Positions 27,629 to 32,000 of a stretch of DNA of 32,000 bases are shown here, in pieces (the stretch's first letter is position 1; each line of letters begins with the position of its first letter). The notes beneath the pieces are model-generated. The model did no database searches, had not been told where the DNA came from, and saw only the letters and a list, made by a program, of their open reading frames with translations. Source of the DNA: Alkanindiges sp. WGS2144 (GTDB taxonomy: Bacteria > Pseudomonadota > Gammaproteobacteria > Pseudomonadales > Moraxellaceae); assembly GCF_043950625.1 (NCBI RefSeq), contig NZ_CP171007.1. One strand, 5' to 3'. The translations under genes were made by a program, and so were the position numbers.

Positions 27629-27899
27629 AAACAAAAGACTTTCTTTTTAAATTAATTGAATATTAATAGTAGCATGTGAAATCTTTTCAAGGCAGCGCAG
27701 CATTATTATTTTCTTCTTCACAGAAAAGAGGGATACTCTGTTGAGCACCCCTCTTGTAAGCCTGTACTAGAAACAGGCGTTAATTACCCAGAGCATTGCA
27801 TGTACTGGGCAATATTAAATTTGTTAAGACTACTATGACTTTATTTATCGCTTAAGGCAAGTCATAAAGAGCTATTAGATGCAAGAGTTGTAAGTAAAT

Positions 27900-28691
27900 T
27901 TAAACTTCCTGCACAAATAAATCACGCTCAAAACGCAGTTGTGGCCAGAACACGCCATCTTCAGCGCGCTCGCCAGCACCAATCACCATAATTGGAAATT
28001 CTTCGTCTTGTAAATTTAATAGCTTACGCACACGCGGCTCATCAAAGCCTTCCATCATGCAGCTATCAAAACCATGCGCCCGCAAGGCTAGCACCAGGTT
28101 TTCACAAGCTAGCGCAGTGGTTTTAGCAGCCCATAAACGCGCATCGGCCTGAGTAAAGGCAGTCACCGGCAATGGCGTAAACTGTCTTGCCACACTAAAC
28201 GCCAGCTTTTTGGCCGCGCCAATGCTGTTTAAAAATCCGGTTTTATAGTTATAAGCAATCAGGCTGTAATATTGTCTGACCGGCTTTGGCGTTTTGGGCA
28301 TTGGCCAGTGTTTCAGATTGTTTTTAGCCATTTCATCCAACCGGTCAGTACGTGCTACACAAACGACCAACTCGGCAGCAGTTTTGGCAGCCAGTTGACT
28401 TAAACATGCCTTGACCAGCTGGGCTTTTTTATCTGGTGACTTCACCACATAAAACGTCCACGGCTGCAAATTGGATGAGTTTGGCGCCAACAGTGCCATA
28501 TCCAGACAATCATCCATCACTGCTTTGGGAATCGGTTTTTGGGTAAATTTACGCACCGAACGACGGCTTTGTACTACTTTTTTAAAATTTTCAATATCAA
28601 TATCTTTAGGCGCAGGTTCAAAGTAACGCTCTTTGCCATCAATCGTAATGGTGGATAAGGTATCTTGTGGAATAGTTGTGGTGGCGTTCAT
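27900..28691 (-). CDS. Nitroreductase family protein
   Basis: SRRSVRKFTQKPIP....LD.A..APNSSNLQPW.F.VV is typical of the nitroreductase fold. 263 aa. Confidence 0.8.
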   Translation of the reverse strand: MNATTTIPQDTLSTITIDGKERYFEPAPKDIDIENFKKVVQSRRSVRKFTQKPIPKAVMDDCLDMALLAPNSSNLQPWTFYVVKSPDKKAQLVKACLSQLAAKTAAELVVCVARTDRLDEMAKNNLKHWPMPKTPKPVRQYYSLIAYNYKTGFLNSIGAAKKLAFSVARQFTPLPVTAFTQADARLWAAKTTALACENLVLALRAHGFDSCMMEGFDEPRVRKLLNLQDEEFPIMVIGAGERAEDGVFWPQLRFERDLFVQEV

Positions 28692-28874
28692 TGGATCAGC
28701 CTGCTAATGATAAAGATATTTCAAGCTATCTTAGACTTATTAAACCGTCAAGTTTAGTATTTTTATTTTATGAAAAAATCAATGCCTGACATGTTAACTA
28801 TTGGTCAACATGCCTCTGTATAGCCCTCTAAAATAGAAGGCTATATCACAAGTATTATTTAGGCTTAGGCGTTA

Positions 28875-29648
28875 TCAAGCATAGGTTTTATTTAAATACG
28901 CCAGAATATCAGCCGACTCATACAAGCTTACACCTGTGTTCGGGTCAACCAGATAAGGCACCTGTACCCTGCCCTGTTCTGCCAGCACACTGGCACGCTT
29001 GCCACCCTGAATTGGCTCATATTTACCCGGTTTTAAGCGCAATTTGGCTGGCCCCATATCCTGCCAGCGCTCCTTGGCCACATTATGCAATATATAAGGC
29101 AACTCCAGCTCCGATAAGCGCTCACGCACCAAGCGGCTATACGGACTACCCTCAAAACTCCATAACTCCAGCAATTGATCAGGCACCACCTTCTGGGCAT
29201 TGCCAGGGGCGGCGATCAAACCACGAATACCACCTGCCAGTGTCACCAACAATCCTCTTACCGGAATTTTAGGCAGATTCTGGTATTTTTTTGGCGTAGT
29301 CCCAGTTTTACCATAAGTTTTAAATAAATAATTAATAATATCCTGTGATTCCAACAGCTTAACACCGGTATTTTCGTCTACTAAAAAAGGGAACTGGGTT
29401 TTACCTGCCAGCTCTTTAACCTGTGGGCGAAAGCGTGTACCTTTTTTAGGGCAGGGATAAACTTCTACATCCAGATTCAGTAAAGTTAATACCTCACGCA
29501 CGCGACGACAAAAAGGAGAAGCTTCAAAATCATATAGACGAATTGGCTTTGCCGGCTGTTTGGGATTTGGCGTGCCCATCACCCCGCGGCTACCTTCAAG
29601 TAAGGTTGCAACCACAGAGCGTAGCACTTTGGCTTGATGTAAAATCAT
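28875..29648 (-). CDS. Protein with two tandem GST-N / glutaredoxin-like thioredoxin-fold domains
   Basis: There are two internal repeats: IRLYDFEASPFCRRVREVLTLLNLDVEV...FPFLVDENTGVKLLESQDIINYLFKTYG and LELWSFEGSPYSRLVRERLSELELPYIL...VPYLVDPNTGVSLYESADILAYLNKTYA. Confidence 0.7.
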   Translation of the reverse strand: MILHQAKVLRSVVATLLEGSRGVMGTPNPKQPAKPIRLYDFEASPFCRRVREVLTLLNLDVEVYPCPKKGTRFRPQVKELAGKTQFPFLVDENTGVKLLESQDIINYLFKTYGKTGTTPKKYQNLPKIPVRGLLVTLAGGIRGLIAAPGNAQKVVPDQLLELWSFEGSPYSRLVRERLSELELPYILHNVAKERWQDMGPAKLRLKPGKYEPIQGGKRASVLAEQGRVQVPYLVDPNTGVSLYESADILAYLNKTYA

Positions 29649-29670
29649 AACTTATCCTTAAAAACTGTTT

Positions 29671-30177
29671 TTAGAGGGCAATGAGTTTCTGACTAGACAC
29701 TAAAATGCCATTATTATCGGCATAAATATAGTCACCTTGCGCCACAATTACTCCGCCAAACCGTAATTCCAAACCGGTTTCACCCACGCCTTTGCGGTTA
29801 CTCTTTTGTGGAATGGCAGCGAGTGCCTGTACGCCTAAATCAAGCTCTGCCAGTGCATCCACATCGCGCACACAGCCATAAATCACCACACCCGCCCAGT
29901 TGTGTTTCACGGCACTTTCGCCAATGAGATCACCCATCAACGCACAGCGCATAGACGCACCGCCATCCACCACCAGTACTTTGCCCTGCCCTTCGGTTGC
30001 CAGCAGTTCTTTTACCCGTGAGTTGTCTTCAAAACATTTAACAGTGACTACTTCACCACCAAAGGCTTTACGACCGCCAAAGTTTTTAAATGACTTGCCG
30101 TCAATGGATGGGCTCATGACTTGGGTTTGTGGATGATCATCCAGTAAATCACAGGTCACAAAAGGTTGGCTGCTCAT
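29671..30177 (-). CDS. rraA: RraA family protein (RNase E regulator / HMG-aldolase-like)
   Basis: 168-aa ORF with the RraA pattern (KVLVVDGGASMRCALMGDLI...A..H.WAGVVIYGCVRD). The ATG overlaps the upstream gene's stop (ATGA). Confidence 0.85.
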   Translation of the reverse strand: MSSQPFVTCDLLDDHPQTQVMSPSIDGKSFKNFGGRKAFGGEVVTVKCFEDNSRVKELLATEGQGKVLVVDGGASMRCALMGDLIGESAVKHNWAGVVIYGCVRDVDALAELDLGVQALAAIPQKSNRKGVGETGLELRFGGVIVAQGDYIYADNNGILVSSQKLIAL

Positions 30178-30878
30178 GTAGGGTTCTCCAGCGTTAAAGT
30201 TAAGATATCAGTATTAGAATAGACAATTTTACCCGGTGCAGGTACGTGGGTGGCTAAAACCATCGCTTTTGCTACCCGCCCAGCTTCAACAGGACGATAT
30301 TTCCAGGTTGCAGGAAACCAGCTTCTGGTGTAGGCAAAAGCAGCTTGTGCCAGATTTTCCAGCACGCGCTGATCCTGGTGCTGCCCAATCAGCAAAGATG
30401 GCTGAAAAATTGACAAGTGTTCAAAACCCAATTGTTCAACCGCACGCTCCAGCTCACCTTTTACCCGGTTATAAAAAATTGGTGAGACCGGGTTGGCACC
30501 AGTTGCGCTCAGCAATAAAAAATGCTGCACGCCCAGCTTTTTTACCAGCTGTGCAAAAATCAGGTTGTAATCAAAATCAACCTGCCTAAAAGCCTGCCGG
30601 CTGCCCGCCTGCTTGAGGGTAGTACCCAAAGCACTAAACGCATCAGCATGGTTTAAATCCAGTCCAATCAGATACGCGTCAAGCTGGCTAAAATCAGGCA
30701 CCACAATTGTTCTGAGTTTACCATTTGATGACTTGCTACCTGCGCGCCTGACGAACTGATAAATAGTATGATAATGACTGGAATTTATCAGCTGGTTAAC
30801 CAGTAATGTTCCAACCAGCCCAGTTGCGCCAATGACAACCGCTGCTTTTTGCGGCTGGTAAGCATTTGATCCTGCCAT
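30174..30878 (-). CDS. NAD(P)H-binding oxidoreductase (atypical SDR / NmrA-like)
   Basis: N-terminal Rossmann motif VIGATGLVGTLLV. 234 aa. Translationally coupled to rraA. Confidence 0.75.
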   Translation of the reverse strand: MAGSNAYQPQKAAVVIGATGLVGTLLVNQLINSSHYHTIYQFVRRAGSKSSNGKLRTIVVPDFSQLDAYLIGLDLNHADAFSALGTTLKQAGSRQAFRQVDFDYNLIFAQLVKKLGVQHFLLLSATGANPVSPIFYNRVKGELERAVEQLGFEHLSIFQPSLLIGQHQDQRVLENLAQAAFAYTRSWFPATWKYRPVEAGRVAKAMVLATHVPAPGKIVYSNTDILTLTLENPT

Positions 30879-31021
30879 AATGAATTAAACCTGCATTCTT
30901 GTTTTGTGGCATCATACAAGAGCCCCAAGTCGCTATAAAGCGCTTCTGGTTAATATATGTTGGCCTGAATGATCAACCGTCATAAATAGCCAGTGAATAG
31001 ATAAGGAATCATCGTTTTTGC

Positions 31022-31050
31022 TTGACTTTAGAGCTTCATTTAGGCAAAAT
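31022..31050 (+). promoter_or_regulatory. Candidate sigma70 promoter for rpsT
   Basis: TTGACT (31022-31027), a 17-nt spacer, then CAAAAT (31045-31050), about 95 nt upstream of the rpsT GTG start. Pattern match only. Confidence 0.35.
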
Positions 31051-31143
31051 TCGCCACTTGTTTACGGGCTGGGTTGTTTGCAATCTTGTAAGCACTTGCT
31101 CAAAGCCCGCCCCTAACTAATCCATTTTTCAAGGAGTGCACGA

Positions 31144-31413
31144 GTGGCAAACTCTGCTCAGGCTAGAAAACGCGCCCGCCAAAACGTAAAAGCGCGTCAA
31201 CACAACGCAAGCTTGCGTTCCATGGTTCGTACCTACATCAAAAAAGTTGTTAATGCAATTGCTGCTGGCGAACACGCTGCTGCAAGCGAAGCCTACAAGA
31301 AAGCTGTTCCGGTAATTGACCGTATGGCTGACAAAGGCATTATCCATAAAAACAAGGCTGCTCGTCATAAGAGCCGCCTGAATGCCCATATCAAGGCATT
31401 AGCTGCTCAATAA
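31144..31413 (+). CDS. rpsT: 30S ribosomal protein S20
   Basis: [35 protein letters not shown]... is the canonical S20 sequence. GTG start preceded by AAGGAG. Confidence 0.95.
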   Translation: MANSAQARKRARQNVKARQHNASLRSMVRTYIKKVVNAIAAGEHAAASEAYKKAVPVIDRMADKGIIHKNKAARHKSRLNAHIKALAAQ

Positions 31414-31449
31414 TTTTTACTTTGTAGAAATAGAAATTATTGCATCAAA

Positions 31450-31469
31450 AGGCTCACTTCGGTGGGCTT
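31450..31469 (+). terminator. Rho-independent terminator of rpsT
   Basis: Stem aggctcac/gtgggctt (with G-U pairs) closed by a UUCG tetraloop, followed by TTTTT. Confidence 0.7.
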
Positions 31470-31632
31470 TTTGCATTTTGGGCATTAATGCTTAAAACGC
31501 GTTTTTTAACTTATTAACAAGCAGCACTAAAAAGCCAGCTAATAGATCAGTTAAGTCTATCATCCTGCTCGCTGGCTTTTGCTTCTATGCTAAGATTTGC
31601 CGCTATTTTCCCCTTCTTTATTGTTTTCTATT

Positions 31633-32000
31633 ATGGCCGAAAATCCGCAGTACCGGTTTTTACGCTATGCGCCGCGCGATGGCAGCAATATGCAAATTGC
31701 CCCAACCCGCTGGGAGCGTATTCATGTTGACCCTTGGCTAACTGGTTTTTTTATCCTGATTGCCAGTCTGGGCCTGGTTGTCCTTTATAGTGCCGCAGCC
31801 CAGGACAGCCATCAGGTTATTCGCCAGATGACCAGCTTCGCTTTGGGCTTTACCATTATGTTTAGCATGGCACAAATACCCCCAAAAATCTATCAGGCCT
31901 TCTCGCCCTGGTTTTATGGTTTTGGCTTGGTGTCCCTGATGATGGTGGTGATTTTTGGTGAAGTGCGCATGGGGGCACAGCGCTGGATCGATATTCCAGG
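31633..32000 (+). CDS. rodA: Rod shape-determining protein RodA (SEDS peptidoglycan glycosyltransferase), N-terminal part; continues past the right window edge
   Basis: My translation from the ATG at 31633 is MAENPQYRFLRYAPRDGSNMQIAPTRWERIHVDPWLTGFFILIASLGLVVLYSAA...MAQIPPKIYQAFSPWFYGFG...GAQRWIDIP. It parallels E. coli RodA (HLDP...LVYSA...MAQIPPRVYE...GAQRWLDLG). Confidence 0.85.
   Translation, partial: MAENPQYRFLRYAPRDGSNMQIAPTRWERIHVDPWLTGFFILIASLGLVVLYSAAAQDSHQVIRQMTSFALGFTIMFSMAQIPPKIYQAFSPWFYGFGLVSLMMVVIFGEVRMGAQRWIDIP

Noticed and set aside
1-32000. Search by eye for CRISPR arrays, tRNA/rRNA genes, integron attC sites, and phage or defence-system gene clusters
   Set aside because: I saw no regularly spaced direct repeats, no tRNA-like T-arm/acceptor patterns, and no gene sets resembling known defence systems. 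The only large repeats are the IS copies and the pgk/lipoprotein duplication.

Overview
Chromosomal window from a gammaproteobacterium. The gene content looks Moraxellaceae/Acinetobacter-like (AlkM/AlkR-type alkane hydroxylase module, AlmA-type Baeyer-Villiger monooxygenase, Acinetobacter-style VgrG); this is inference, no search was run. Most of the window is housekeeping: catalase (partial), fba, pgk, DUF2237, maf, mnmG, a BASS transporter, zapE, a COG2945-type hydrolase, mfd, a nitroreductase, a tandem GST-N/glutaredoxin-like protein, rraA, an NAD(P)H-binding oxidoreductase, rpsT and rodA (partial). Two alkane-oxidation modules, each with a divergent AraC-family regulator, lie at 8.9-15.9 kb. 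The accessory part is about 15.9-24.0 kb, between the almA terminator and the mfd stop. It is a T6SS vgrG cargo island: vgrG, then a translationally coupled DUF4123 adaptor split by a +1 frameshift in a C5 run, then a DUF3304-like lipoprotein. No effector-sized gene is present. The island is broken by two 100% identical inverted copies of a 1002-bp IS481-family element. One copy carries a nested IS982-family insertion with an 8-bp target duplication. The two copies bracket a 674-bp AT-rich segment that holds two convergent truncated ORFs. The DUF3304-like fragments on either side of the IS block overlap by 8 homologous but non-identical codons, so they appear to come from two paralogous genes, which points to IS-associated loss of intervening DNA, possibly including the effector. 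Elsewhere, the fba-pgk spacer holds a segmental duplication: two paralogous small lipoprotein genes plus a decayed copy of the pgk 3' end, with one paralog carrying a Thr/Asp/Met-rich low-complexity core. I saw no tRNA, rRNA or CRISPR array, and I could not identify a clearly novel multi-gene system beyond the degraded T6SS cargo island. All family assignments rest on motif recognition by eye, not database searches.
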